The position numbers and the translations under genes were made by a program. From the IMG/VR virus record IMGVR_UViG_3300024255_001088: 64,000 nt of DNA; one strand, written 5' to 3'. A model generated the notes under the pieces. That model worked only from the letters and a program-made list of their open reading frames with translations. It did not search any database and was not told the DNA's origin. Source of the DNA: a virus. Shown here one piece after another: positions 45,359 to 55,761 of this stretch. The first letter of the stretch is position 1. Each line of letters opens with the position of its first letter.

Positions 45359-46636
45359 ATGAGTTATCCATTCGGAGAAATTGATATTGCAGACCCAGGT
45401 GAGTTAATACCTGAGGCATTTATTTACAAGTTTACACACAAACCTTCTGGCATGTGGTATTTGGGTATGCATGGGTTAAAAGAACATGAGGCATTTAATG
45501 ATGGTGCATATTGGAATTCATCCACTTCTGCCACATTCAACAAGTTATTAGAAGAGAAACCAGAAGAGTTTATATACGAGATTTCACACTTTGGTTCTAT
45601 GAAAGAAATGTTCAAAAAAGAATTTGAACTCTTATCTAAGATGAGGGCGACCGCCAAACAGAGAGAGATGTCTTGGAACAAGTGGAATGGGTTCGCACCT
45701 GAGTCTGTAGAATTACCAGACTTAGACTTAATCAATAAGTTGGCAGAAGATGCCTACAATCCTGATTCAGATTTAGAGAGATGTGTGGTCAAGATTTCAG
45801 ATTTAGATAATGTTATCAGATTACAAGTTAGATTTGATACTAACATGTCGCACAAGAAGATTTCAGAATACAAGAATGAGATGAACGCCAATAACTCTAC
45901 TAAGGGTTTCACTATTACTATTGTAAGATTTGATGGTAGGGAAGTTATTGTTGGCGGTAATCACACCTTAGAGTCTGCTAGAAAGTCAAGATGTTCTAGT
46001 ATTGAAGTTGTTTACATCGATGCAGAAATGACAATGGCAGATTTGCAGGCATTAGGTAATGCACTTAACAGAAAGGTTGAAGTGCAAAGAATGACCACTT
46101 CAATTACTGATTGTGCTGGCGACTTGGTCAATTTCTACAACGAAGGCAAGATTACTTCTTTGAAAGATAAGTATGTTGCTGAATACATCAAAGTGACTGG
46201 TGGGTTTAAGGGTGCAGACATTTCAAAAGTTAGAAGAGAAGCTCAAGCTCTTATTGATGAAAAAGATTCTTGGAAGAAAGGTAAGACCTGGATTAACTGG
46301 AAGTTAAAGAAGAGAGAGAAAGAGAGAAATGATAAATGTTCTGCTTTTACTAGTGATACCACATTCTATATTACACAATCTGCTACATTTAGGGCAGATA
46401 GGGTGATTGAGAAGTGGATGCAAGATGCTGACTTCAGAAAGAATAATGGTTTGACACCAAGAAGTATTGTAAAGATACTCATGCATTACGAGACAAAGAA
46501 AACTTACGATGATTACAATGACAAGAACCCACAAGGTGGTCATAGAAGAATCATAGAATCATTCATGAAAGGTGAAGGTATCGATACACCGAGTGTTGTA
46601 TTTGAGAACTTGGAACTATATGAAGATTCAATATAA
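45359..46636 (+). CDS. GIY-YIG-like N-terminal domain fused to a ParB-like domain
   Basis: FIYKF......WYLGMH...YWNSS...E; QVR...IVGGNHTLES; SD AGGAG. Confidence 0.6.
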   Translation: MSYPFGEIDIADPGELIPEAFIYKFTHKPSGMWYLGMHGLKEHEAFNDGAYWNSSTSATFNKLLEEKPEEFIYEISHFGSMKEMFKKEFELLSKMRATAKQREMSWNKWNGFAPESVELPDLDLINKLAEDAYNPDSDLERCVVKISDLDNVIRLQVRFDTNMSHKKISEYKNEMNANNSTKGFTITIVRFDGREVIVGGNHTLESARKSRCSSIEVVYIDAEMTMADLQALGNALNRKVEVQRMTTSITDCAGDLVNFYNEGKITSLKDKYVAEYIKVTGGFKGADISKVRREAQALIDEKDSWKKGKTWINWKLKKREKERNDKCSAFTSDTTFYITQSATFRADRVIEKWMQDADFRKNNGLTPRSIVKILMHYETKKTYDDYNDKNPQGGHRRIIESFMKGEGIDTPSVVFENLELYEDSI

Positions 46637-46645
46637 AAGAATGTT

Positions 46646-46722
46646 CGGCCTGTAGCTCAGTTGGATAGAGCATCGGTCTTCTAAACCGAGGGTCAGAGGT
46701 TCGAATCCTCTCAGGTCGGCCA
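46646..46722 (+). tRNA. tRNA-Arg(TCT)
   Basis: Canonical cloverleaf, anticodon TCT, TTCGAAT, encoded CCA; AGA appears to be the dominant Arg codon here. Confidence 0.94.
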
Positions 46723-46747
46723 AAAATTGTGATATAAATAATAGATT

Positions 46748-46924
46748 ATGACGAAGAACTTAAAACCTAAAGAAGTATTGTCAGTACTTCAAAAGAAGGT
46801 GCAACTAAAGAGAGACATTAAAGAACTCAAGTCTGTTGGTGAAACCAAAAAGGCAGAGATATTAATGAAAAAAGTTTCTCAATTAGAAGAAAAATTGCAC
46901 TCTAGACCGCTATCAAAAAACTAA
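46748..46924 (+). CDS. Small basic protein (58 aa, not in ORF track)
   Basis: Late box TATAAATA at 46733; MTKNLKPKEVLSVLQKK... Confidence 0.6.
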   Translation: MTKNLKPKEVLSVLQKKVQLKRDIKELKSVGETKKAEILMKKVSQLEEKLHSRPLSKN

Positions 46925-46957
46925 ATAGTAGTATAGAAATTTAACACGGAGATATAA

Positions 46958-47410
46958 ATGGCAACAATCAGATATGATGCATACTTAGCAGATATGCAAT
47001 CAAAATTAATCGAATGGCAACAAAGGTACGATTTGATGGGTGGAGATGCAGGAACTTCCAGAACATTTTATTTCTATTCTAAAGATGCAGATGAAACAGA
47101 TGATACTATAATCGTGAATTTATCTGAAGCTTCAGACTTAACTGTAGATGGTGTTGCACACCCACATAAGATATTTGAATGGACAGGCACTGGAGACATT
47201 ATAGAAGCTCTTAATGCATGGAGAACTGCAAATCCAGACGCCACATCAGGTGGAATGTATGCACATTGGAATCAAGATAAAAAGAGTGAATCAGAAATCG
47301 CTGATGAAAAGATTGACGCCTATAATGCAGTACAATCAATTGCCGCTAATATATCTTTTGCTACAACGCTGTTAGAAGGCGATGCAGACGCCACTTTCGA
47401 AACACCATAG
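46958..47410 (+). CDS. Late hypothetical protein
   Basis: Late box at 46920; SD GGAG. Confidence 0.7.
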   Translation: MATIRYDAYLADMQSKLIEWQQRYDLMGGDAGTSRTFYFYSKDADETDDTIIVNLSEASDLTVDGVAHPHKIFEWTGTGDIIEALNAWRTANPDATSGGMYAHWNQDKKSESEIADEKIDAYNAVQSIAANISFATTLLEGDADATFETP

Positions 47411-47460
47411 CTTTCAAAATACATAAATAGTAGTTATACACAACAATGTGATAACTACTT

Positions 47461-48666
47461 ATGGCCGTTAAAAATCTACATTTAGAACATTTAGAAGATG
47501 AAATCATCAATAACGGTATTGATGGTGGTCGTGCTTCTATAACCTTTCTACTCGCACTCAGAGACATGATGAAAGGAAATGCCAAGAAAAAATTCAACAT
47601 GACTGTCAAATGGGATGGTGCACCTGCAATCTTTTGTGGAAAACATCCAGAAGACGGCAGATTCTTTGTCGCAAAGAAATCATTATTCAATAAAGAACCT
47701 AAGTTCTATTGTTCAGTATCAGAAATTAAGAACGCATCTGAACTATCTGGAGACTTAGAGAAGAAGTTCATAGACTCATTCGAGTATCTATCTAAACTAT
47801 CCTGGAATAAAGTAATGCAAGGTGACTTGATGTTTACTCAGGCAGATAAGAAGATGAAGAAAATAAATGATATAGAACACATTACATTTCAACCTAACAC
47901 AATCATGTATGCTGTACCAGTTCAATCAGAATTGGGTAAACAGATTGCAAATGCCAAGTATGGTATAGTATTTCATACGACATACGAAGGTTCAAGTATA
48001 GATGATTTAGGTGCATCATTCGGTGCAGATATATCTTCTTTGGGTCATAACAATGATGTATGGATTGATGATGCAACCTTTAAGAATGTTGCAGGTAATT
48101 CTACACTCACAGGAAAAGAAACACTTAAGTTATCTACTCTACTTACTAAAACAGGTAAGTCATTTCACAAAATCAAAAGACCTTCACTGATTAAGTTCAT
48201 GAAGATACAAGACACCATTGCATCTAAAGGTGCAGGTGCAACATACAAAACATATATGAACGCCCAAATAAGAAAGGGTAAGTTCAATCTAAACTATAAT
48301 GATTATCTCAAACACTTTGAGAACTATTGGAAAACAAAAGTAGTTGGTGCAGTAAAGATGCAGAAGACAAAAGATATCAAAGAACAAATAGGTAAAGACC
48401 TTGTCAGAGATATCAGAAGTCTTAAACCATTCATAACTGCATTGACAGAGTTTCAAGTAGGCATGGTTGAGGCGAAACAGATTATCATAGATGGTTTAAA
48501 CAAAGCAAAATCAATCGGCACATTCGTAAGAACACCCACAGGTTTAAAAGTAGTAAATCCTGAGGGATATGTTGCAATCGATGATGACGGTAAGGCAGTG
48601 AAGTTAGTAGACCGTATGGAGTTCTCACTAAATAACTTTACAGCTGCAAAGGCATGGGACAAATAA
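47461..48666 (+). CDS. DUF6267-like protein with ligase-type nucleotidyltransferase motifs
   Basis: HLEHLED; KWDG (motif I), QGD (III), EGYV (IV), VKLV (V). Confidence 0.75.
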   Translation: MAVKNLHLEHLEDEIINNGIDGGRASITFLLALRDMMKGNAKKKFNMTVKWDGAPAIFCGKHPEDGRFFVAKKSLFNKEPKFYCSVSEIKNASELSGDLEKKFIDSFEYLSKLSWNKVMQGDLMFTQADKKMKKINDIEHITFQPNTIMYAVPVQSELGKQIANAKYGIVFHTTYEGSSIDDLGASFGADISSLGHNNDVWIDDATFKNVAGNSTLTGKETLKLSTLLTKTGKSFHKIKRPSLIKFMKIQDTIASKGAGATYKTYMNAQIRKGKFNLNYNDYLKHFENYWKTKVVGAVKMQKTKDIKEQIGKDLVRDIRSLKPFITALTEFQVGMVEAKQIIIDGLNKAKSIGTFVRTPTGLKVVNPEGYVAIDDDGKAVKLVDRMEFSLNNFTAAKAWDK

Positions 48667-49967
48667 TGAAAACATTACAATCATTCATATCAGAGGCGAA
48701 ACAAAGACCCGCTGTTTTTTCATTCGGAAGGTTCAACCCACCCACAATTGGGCATGGTAAACTTGTCGATAAACTAAACAAGGTATCAAAGTCAGTGAAC
48801 GGCGACCCAATGATATTTACTTCTCATTCAAATGATAAGAGAAAAAATCCACTGAATCACAAAACAAAGATTCAGTATCTAAGAAAGTTCTTTTCTAAGA
48901 AGGTTGGTGTACCAGATGCGAACGCCAGAACAGTATTCGATGTCGCAAACGCATTACATAAACAAGGTTATACTAGTATCACTATGGTTGTTGGTTCAGA
49001 TAGAATCAGAGAATTCGAAACACTACTTAAGAAATACAATGGTGTAAAGGCAAGACACGGTTTCTATAAGTTCGATGATATAAACATAGTTAGTGCTGGT
49101 GAAAGGGATCCAGATGCTGATGATGTATCAGGTATGAGTGCATCTAAGATGAGGGCAGCCGCAGAACAAGATGACTTTGATTCATTCAAAGGTGGCGTGC
49201 CAGATAAAAAACTCGCAGACAAACTATACAAAGATGTGCGTAGAGGTATGGGAATCGCAGAGGAGTCGTTCTCCACTCTACCAGACTACATGATTGAAGA
49301 CTTACTTAGAGAAGGTGTATATGACCCAGGTATCTTTAAGGCAGTATTCTTTATGGGTGGCCCAGGTTCTGGTAAGTCAACTGTAGTAGATGGTTTGGGT
49401 TTGAAGGCATTAGGGTTGAAACTAGTCAATACAGATAAGTCATTTGAGAATGGTCTAAAGAAGGCGGGTCAAACCTTAGACTTAAATGCAGTACCTGCCG
49501 ATATCAGAGACCCAATTAGAAAGAAGGCGAAGAGACAAACTACTCGATTGATGGACAGATACATTGACAATAGACTTGGTCTTATCTTCGATACTACAAG
49601 TGCAAACGACACTAAGATTAAAGCGTATAAGAACATGTTAGATAAACTTGGTTACGAATCTAAAATGGTGTATGTCAGTACATCACTTCCAAACGCATTG
49701 ACAAGAAACAGTTCAAGACCAAGACAATTACCAGATGCGATTGTTAAGAAAGATTGGAACAATTCACAAAAGAATATTGCATCTATGCAGAAACTATTCA
49801 AAAGAGACTTCATGCAAGTATCAAATGATGATGATTTAGATTCTTTAAAAAGAAAAACTAACTCAGTCTTTGGTAAATTGATGGCATGGTCTACATCATT
49901 TCCTGGAAACACCAGAGCAACACTCTGGAAACAAAGACAACTATTAACAAAGAAATTACATAAATAG
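48666..49967 (+). CDS. HIGH-type nucleotidyltransferase fused to a P-loop (zeta/Pnk-like) kinase
   Basis: GRFNPPTIGH, VVGSDR, SAG.RDPD, MSASKMR; then GGPGSGKS, LIFDTT; N-terminus MKTLQSFISE. Confidence 0.85.
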   Translation: MKTLQSFISEAKQRPAVFSFGRFNPPTIGHGKLVDKLNKVSKSVNGDPMIFTSHSNDKRKNPLNHKTKIQYLRKFFSKKVGVPDANARTVFDVANALHKQGYTSITMVVGSDRIREFETLLKKYNGVKARHGFYKFDDINIVSAGERDPDADDVSGMSASKMRAAAEQDDFDSFKGGVPDKKLADKLYKDVRRGMGIAEESFSTLPDYMIEDLLREGVYDPGIFKAVFFMGGPGSGKSTVVDGLGLKALGLKLVNTDKSFENGLKKAGQTLDLNAVPADIRDPIRKKAKRQTTRLMDRYIDNRLGLIFDTTSANDTKIKAYKNMLDKLGYESKMVYVSTSLPNALTRNSSRPRQLPDAIVKKDWNNSQKNIASMQKLFKRDFMQVSNDDDLDSLKRKTNSVFGKLMAWSTSFPGNTRATLWKQRQLLTKKLHK

Positions 49968-49971
49968 AAGT

Positions 49972-50691
49972 ATGACTACATTATTTAAAAGAATCTTAGA
50001 ACAAAGAGTTAAACAAAAAAAACAGTTTGGCGAAGAAACCGTGATAGTAGAAGCATGTTGGGATGGTTACAAACAAGTTGGTACAAAAAAGAAAGGTGGA
50101 AAAGTAGTTCCTAATTGTGTGCCAGAAGAGACCGAGATAGAAGAGAACGCAAAAGTCAAAGCAATGTTAAGTAAGATGAAAGGTGTTTCATCTGCTCAGG
50201 CACAATTAATTGCACAAATACCAATACCTGTATTAACTCAAATATCACAGGCATTGGGTCAGTTAGTAATGGGTGAAGAGTTAGAAGAACGACATTCAGA
50301 TGTAATGAGAAAGAGAAACCAATCTCAACAGAAAGCACATCAAAAGGCAATGATGAAGTCTGCTAGAAAATCTATCAAAGACTATGATGCAAAGAATAAG
50401 AACAAGAACGAAGAGTCTGAAGTAGAAGAAGATAGAGATTACAAAAAAGAGTATGAGAACTATCAAGGCAAACCAGAACAAATCAAAAGACGAGCTGCAA
50501 GAAATTCAGCTAGAAATCAGTTAAAAGACAACAAAGACATAAAGGGTAAAGATGTTCATCATAAAGATAACAACCCAATGAATAATGATAAATCAAATCT
50601 ATCAATAGTATCTAAAAACTATAATAGAAAAGAACCTAGACTTAGAGAAAGACTAGTAAAACAGGGGATAATTAAAAATGGCAAAAGGTAA
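49972..50691 (+). CDS. Putative internal head protein with C-terminal HNH domain
   Basis: EACWDGYKQVG...PNCVPEE module; RDYKKEY...KDVHHKD.N..NN...NL......NR. Confidence 0.75.
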   Translation: MTTLFKRILEQRVKQKKQFGEETVIVEACWDGYKQVGTKKKGGKVVPNCVPEETEIEENAKVKAMLSKMKGVSSAQAQLIAQIPIPVLTQISQALGQLVMGEELEERHSDVMRKRNQSQQKAHQKAMMKSARKSIKDYDAKNKNKNEESEVEEDRDYKKEYENYQGKPEQIKRRAARNSARNQLKDNKDIKGKDVHHKDNNPMNNDKSNLSIVSKNYNRKEPRLRERLVKQGIIKNGKR

Positions 50692-51559
50692 TAAAACAGA
50701 CAATGGTGTTCATCTAATGGGTACAGATGAAATGCTTGCCGCTTACAAGGCAGATACACCAGGTGAATTAGAAACATCTTATACTGAAAATGTAGACAAG
50801 ATGATTAAGATTCAAGGTAAGAAGAACAAAGAAGGCAAGAAGAATCATATGTCTATGTTGTTTGATAATCCTTTAAAGGGATATCCTTACAATGAGTCAG
50901 TAGAACTAAAAGAACTTGAAGAAGAAATCGATGCACTGATTCTATCTGAAGCATTATCCAAAAAAATGAATATTCAAAAGTACGCAAAGAAAGTAGGATT
51001 TAATTCAGACGAAGTTCAATGGATTATGGACAACGAAGATGAAGACCATTACGAAAATAATAGTGCCATGAAAAATGAGTGGAGTGCATTATCATATCCT
51101 ATCAGAACAGGTGATTACTACTTTGCCTTCATTGGTGACCGTATGACTGATACCGCTATCACCAAAGCAAATAACAAAATGAATGATGCCATGAGAAAGT
51201 ATTTTCAAATGGGTCAAAAGAAACTAGAAACATTCTATGATGATGATGCAAAATACAGTAAAAAAGATATGCTTGCATCATATATGTGGAATGAAATGTC
51301 TCAGATATTTGAAAAACTACCTGCTGGTTTAGGCGCTGACGATACAATGACACGAGAATGTCTATACACTGCAATTAAACATATGACAGACGATGGTGAG
51401 ATTGTATTCGAACATACTACTATGGCAGATGCCATAATCAACGAAGGTATGTTTAAGAATCTTGCAAAGGGTATCATGGGTAGAATTAGAAATAAACTTA
51501 GAAAAGTTAAAAAGAAAATCAAATTAGGCAAAAGAGCCAAAGATTTAATGGTGAAGTAA
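50678..51559 (+). CDS. Putative internal head protein
   Basis: GTDEM..AYK.DTPGE; multiple (L/I/Y)xE sites. Confidence 0.7.
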   Translation: MAKGNKTDNGVHLMGTDEMLAAYKADTPGELETSYTENVDKMIKIQGKKNKEGKKNHMSMLFDNPLKGYPYNESVELKELEEEIDALILSEALSKKMNIQKYAKKVGFNSDEVQWIMDNEDEDHYENNSAMKNEWSALSYPIRTGDYYFAFIGDRMTDTAITKANNKMNDAMRKYFQMGQKKLETFYDDDAKYSKKDMLASYMWNEMSQIFEKLPAGLGADDTMTRECLYTAIKHMTDDGEIVFEHTTMADAIINEGMFKNLAKGIMGRIRNKLRKVKKKIKLGKRAKDLMVK

Positions 51560-51966
51560 TGATTAAGGATTTCAAGTCTTTATTCGAAGAAGAATCTACA
51601 CCAGAAGTCATTTCTGAGGTAGACTCTATACAAACTAGAATGAAGAAACGCAGAGCAATGCGTAAGAACAAAGCGAAGATTGCCTTTGCACGAAAGAAGG
51701 CAATGAAGAGAAAGATTCTAGACCCAAAGAAACTTATGAAGAGGGCACAAAAACAAGCTCGAAGTAAGATTGCCTCTAGAATTCTTAAAGGTAAAAACAA
51801 AGCAGAATTGGGTATGGGTCAAAAAAGGGCTTTAGAAAAGATACTCGACAAGAAAACAAAAGCAATATCTAAACTTGCCAAGAAGATGTTGAAAGTCGTA
51901 AGACAAAAAGAAATGAACAAAGGCAAAAAGACATTAAAAGATGTTGCACCAGGTAACACCAAATGA
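51559..51966 (+). CDS. Highly basic putative internal protein
   Basis: MIKDFKSLFEE leader, then K/R-rich body. Confidence 0.75.
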   Translation: MIKDFKSLFEEESTPEVISEVDSIQTRMKKRRAMRKNKAKIAFARKKAMKRKILDPKKLMKRAQKQARSKIASRILKGKNKAELGMGQKRALEKILDKKTKAISKLAKKMLKVVRQKEMNKGKKTLKDVAPGNTK

Positions 51967-52508
51967 AGATAAACACATTCAAGGGCATGGCAATCGATGA
52001 CACATTGAGAGACTTGCAGATGACAGAAACAAATCTATTGGATAATCCATTCAGACTAGGTTCAATGATGTACTTTGAAGTAATCAAAGAGGCAAGAAAA
52101 CTAGTTGCAGAGGGAAGATACAATCTTACAGAGATAGATAAACAAGTCTTAGAAACAAACTTAGGTGAGTATGATATCTATGAGAATGAACTTGTACCTC
52201 TAGATTGTCCTATGATGGAGATGACTGAAGAAGAAGATAAAGATGTTGCAATAGGTAAACCAAAATCAGGCGGGCCTAAGAAGTTCTATGTCTATGTTAA
52301 AGACGGTGACAAGACAAAGAAAGTCACATTCGGAGATACATCAGGTCTATCAGTAAAATTTAAAGACCCTAAGGCAAGAGCATCATATGTCGCAAGACAT
52401 AATTGTGATACTGCAAATGATAAAACCACACCAGGATATTGGTCATGTAGACTACCAAGATACGCAAAACAACTTGGTCTGAGTGGTGGTGGTTCATTTT
52501 TCTGGTAA
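51963..52508 (+). CDS. Conserved T4-like protein (DUF6321-like C-terminus)
   Basis: KKFYVYV...KKVTFGD, ARHNC...PGYWSCRLPRY. Confidence 0.75.
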   Translation: MKINTFKGMAIDDTLRDLQMTETNLLDNPFRLGSMMYFEVIKEARKLVAEGRYNLTEIDKQVLETNLGEYDIYENELVPLDCPMMEMTEEEDKDVAIGKPKSGGPKKFYVYVKDGDKTKKVTFGDTSGLSVKFKDPKARASYVARHNCDTANDKTTPGYWSCRLPRYAKQLGLSGGGSFFW

Positions 52509-52530
52509 AAAATAACACCTAAATATTTGT

Positions 52531-52812
52531 ATGAAACCATACAGAGAACGAATAGAAGAACAACATGGTACAGGTCGAGAGTTCATATATCGAACATTCG
52601 AACCAAATATACTAGATGACGAACTCGTTTGGCACAGAGATAAAAAGAATCGATGTGTACATGTATTAAGTGGAAGTGGTTGGCAATTACAATTAGATGA
52701 CAAATTGCCTAAAGATTTAACAATAGGATTAGATTACTACATACCCAAGATGACTTATCATAGAGTCATTAAAGGTACTAGTGACCTAGTCGTAAGGATT
52801 GAGAACATATAA
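52531..52812 (+). CDS. Small cupin-like protein
   Basis: ELVWHRD...R...L.G.GW.LQ.D..LP, IPK..YHRVIKG. Confidence 0.75.
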   Translation: MKPYRERIEEQHGTGREFIYRTFEPNILDDELVWHRDKKNRCVHVLSGSGWQLQLDDKLPKDLTIGLDYYIPKMTYHRVIKGTSDLVVRIENI

Positions 52813-52823
52813 ATAACTATATC

Positions 52824-53189
52824 ATGGAAAACAAAACTTGGAAAGATAAACTAGAAGAAGTAAGAGGTTTTAACAAGACCGAAACTTCTCCAGCAATTAT
52901 AGATGAGAAATTAACATCTGATGAAATCGAGGAAATGCTTAAAGAAGAGTTCAAAGAACTTGCAGAGGGCGAAAAGACGGCAGTGGAGTCACTCGAAGAA
53001 AAACGAGACAGACTCAAAGAAGAACTCGCACACATAGAAGAAGAGATTGCTACATCTAATGAGTCAGTTGAAAAAACCATAGAAAAATTAACAGAAAGAA
53101 ATATGCTTGGCAGACTTGCTAAGTCTTTAAAACTTAATGAAACTGGTAAACAGAAGATGTTTGACTATTTCGAACAAGGGGAACTATAA
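52824..53189 (+). CDS. Acidic coiled-coil putative head protein
   Basis: Late box TATAAATA upstream; xxE sites. Confidence 0.7.
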   Translation: MENKTWKDKLEEVRGFNKTETSPAIIDEKLTSDEIEEMLKEEFKELAEGEKTAVESLEEKRDRLKEELAHIEEEIATSNESVEKTIEKLTERNMLGRLAKSLKLNETGKQKMFDYFEQGEL

Positions 53190-53953
53190 TGAAATTAACA
53201 GATAAGGGTGTATCAGACCAATTAGTTGCTGATATGAGAACCATGTTAGAGGGTCATCTATCAGAAGAGCCGTTTAATGCAAATGCAGCTCTAAAGAAAC
53301 AAAGAATCAAGAGTATGCAAGACAAACTCGAAAATCTAAGAACACAAAGACAACGAGCTGATGATTCTGCTAGACAGGCAAGAGACCAAGGTAGAGATGA
53401 CGCCGCTGATGAACACGAACATAAGGGCGATAGAATTAACAGCAATATCAGAGACCTTAAGGCAAAGATAAGAGATGAGATGAATGAAGACAACACCAAT
53501 GACAAGTCAGACGATGGTGAAGGTCTAGATAAAGTTAAAAAAGATGCAGTTAAGAAGAAGTTTGCAGACCGTAAAGACAAAGACATTGACAATGATGGCG
53601 ACACTGATTCTTCAGACGAATATCTTCATAAGAAAAGACAGGCAATCTCCAAGAAAATGGATGAGGGCGAATTACCACCTGCATTGAAAAAGGCAATCGA
53701 TAAGAAGAAAGGTGAAGACGATGAAGAAGAAGTCGAAGAAGGAAAATTACCACCTGCTCTTCAGAAAGCAATAGACAAGAAGAAAGGTAAAGATACAGAC
53801 GATGATGAGAAAGAAGTCGAAGAGGGCAAAGACAAAATCAAATATCGTGGTAATCTAAAAGATTTGAAGGCAATGAAAGAAGACTTCATGATAATCATAG
53901 AGAAGTACGGATTAGACCAAGTTAAGACTATTATCAATTCAATCGAGAAATAA
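53189..53953 (+). CDS. Putative internal head protein with repeats
   Basis: DKDIDNDGDTDSSDEYL; two EG.LPPAL.KAIDKKKG units. Confidence 0.75.
   Translation: MKLTDKGVSDQLVADMRTMLEGHLSEEPFNANAALKKQRIKSMQDKLENLRTQRQRADDSARQARDQGRDDAADEHEHKGDRINSNIRDLKAKIRDEMNEDNTNDKSDDGEGLDKVKKDAVKKKFADRKDKDIDNDGDTDSSDEYLHKKRQAISKKMDEGELPPALKKAIDKKKGEDDEEEVEEGKLPPALQKAIDKKKGKDTDDDEKEVEEGKDKIKYRGNLKDLKAMKEDFMIIIEKYGLDQVKTIINSIEK
53660..53830 (+). repeat. Degenerate coding tandem repeat (EG.LPPAL.KAIDKKKG..D...EVEE) x2
   Basis: ATTACCACCTGC, AAGAAGAAAGGT and GAAGTCGAAGA each occur twice. Confidence 0.7.
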
Positions 53954-53954
53954 C

Positions 53955-55433
53955 ATGAATCTATTTCAAGAGGCAAAGTCAGTTTTAGACAAGGACGGTA
54001 AAGTAAATCCTTTAGGTCCTTACGGCAAACAAAAACTCACAGGTAGAGAAACATCTGCCTATTTTCGTAGAAACAAAGTAAAACCAGGCGATATCAAGAA
54101 AGCAGTAGAAGTTGCACTTGACCTTGGTGGTGCAGATACTATTGCAAGACAAGAAATTAAAAAGTTCTTTGGTGATAAAATTCTTAAATCAAAAGAAGTT
54201 CAAAACGCATTACAATACGCAAACGAAGAGACATTCAGAGATGACCTTAACAATTTAGATGAGGGTTCATTCTATGGTAGAGATGACTTAGTTAAACAAT
54301 TTGCTACACCCAAAAATAAAAGACACCTCTTTGTAAAATTAAGAAAGACTGATTCTAAAGGCACACATGGTGTCAGTATGGCAAAAAAGGGCAACGAGAA
54401 GAAGATTGCTGATTATAAAAGACAAGGGTACAAAGAAGTACCAGTAGAATCTGTAGAAGAGGGTTTCAAACCTTACAATGACAACCAGTATCCTAGATGT
54501 GTAGACTTCTACATTCAGTTTAGAGGTGGTAAAGGAGACAGAATCACTTCACCAGAAAATAAGAAAGATTTTGAAACTGCAAAGAAGATGATTGATACAT
54601 ATTGCAGAACAAACAAAATCAAACAGAAACCAGTTTACTCAACACCTGAAGAGGGTTCAAGTGCATACAAAGTCGGTCTTATGATTGACAGTACTTACAG
54701 TAAAACATCTGATTATAAAGACGGCAAAGACTTGCAACCTTTATATGTATCATTAAGTAAACTAAAGACCGCAGAAGACCACGGTGGTGGTTGGAGTCAA
54801 GCAGTAGTTAAAGAAGAAACAGATTTAACAGAGAACTACAGAAAACTCGCACAACATGGTATGGGTGCAGAGGGTAAGAAAGATATCAAAACTGGTACAG
54901 GTGTAGATTTCTATGAACCTAAACAAGGTAATAAGAGACAAGGTAAAGTCACTAAGATGACTGCTACTGGTTACTCAGTTAAAGATGAGAAAGATGGTAA
55001 AACATATACATTTATGTACCACGACAGAATGAAGGCAAAGAAACTTCTTCAGAAGAAAGATAAACTATCTAACATCATTAAGAAGAACACCATCCAGAAA
55101 GGTAAGTTCGCTGGATACATGACTGATTCAGTAGAAGAGGCACAACAAGGTGCAAGACAGTCTATTATGGACACATATAGAAATATATGGGAAGAAGACT
55201 TACAAGAAGAGATGATTACTTACAGAGTTAAGAAAATGCATCCTGCTGAAAAGAAAAAGTTCGAACAGTCAGGAAAGTTGATGGGTCTAAAAGTCACCAT
55301 GAATACTAACAAACAAGATACATTAGTTGTTATGAGTGGCACTAAGAAGAAACTCAGAGACTTCGACTCAGTTGCAAGAGGTAAATCATCATATGGTGAT
55401 CCTTCAACAGTATCACACTTTGACGAGAAGTAA
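53955..55433 (+). CDS. Multi-module putative internal head protein
   Basis: Modules separated by ANEE, LDEG, VEEG, LTEN, VEEA and LQEE. Confidence 0.7.
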   Translation: MNLFQEAKSVLDKDGKVNPLGPYGKQKLTGRETSAYFRRNKVKPGDIKKAVEVALDLGGADTIARQEIKKFFGDKILKSKEVQNALQYANEETFRDDLNNLDEGSFYGRDDLVKQFATPKNKRHLFVKLRKTDSKGTHGVSMAKKGNEKKIADYKRQGYKEVPVESVEEGFKPYNDNQYPRCVDFYIQFRGGKGDRITSPENKKDFETAKKMIDTYCRTNKIKQKPVYSTPEEGSSAYKVGLMIDSTYSKTSDYKDGKDLQPLYVSLSKLKTAEDHGGGWSQAVVKEETDLTENYRKLAQHGMGAEGKKDIKTGTGVDFYEPKQGNKRQGKVTKMTATGYSVKDEKDGKTYTFMYHDRMKAKKLLQKKDKLSNIIKKNTIQKGKFAGYMTDSVEEAQQGARQSIMDTYRNIWEEDLQEEMITYRVKKMHPAEKKKFEQSGKLMGLKVTMNTNKQDTLVVMSGTKKKLRDFDSVARGKSSYGDPSTVSHFDEK

Positions 55434-55434
55434 T

Positions 55435-55761
55435 ATGACATATAAAAGTCTAGTACAAGTAATTAAAGAACACAATGATGGCAAAGAAGAACTCATTGAA
55501 AGAATAAACTTTCATGGGAAAAGTCCTGCTGAGAAAAAGGGTTCAGAGTTCGATAGAAAATCAGAAATCAATGGTTATAAAAAGATTTTAAAGGCTATTG
55601 AAAAGATTAACAAAGACCACGAGAAGTTTCAATGGAACAATCGTGCAGAAGGCCCATCTAAAATATTTAAAGGTCTACTACTAGTTGAAAAAACATGTTA
55701 TGATATGATTCGAGAAATTGAACAAGGTAAATGGGATGGTAAAGTGGACTTAGAAGAGTAA
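55435..55761 (+). CDS. Hypothetical late protein
   Basis: Start at MTYKSLVQ just after the upstream stop. Confidence 0.65.
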   Translation: MTYKSLVQVIKEHNDGKEELIERINFHGKSPAEKKGSEFDRKSEINGYKKILKAIEKINKDHEKFQWNNRAEGPSKIFKGLLLVEKTCYDMIREIEQGKWDGKVDLEE

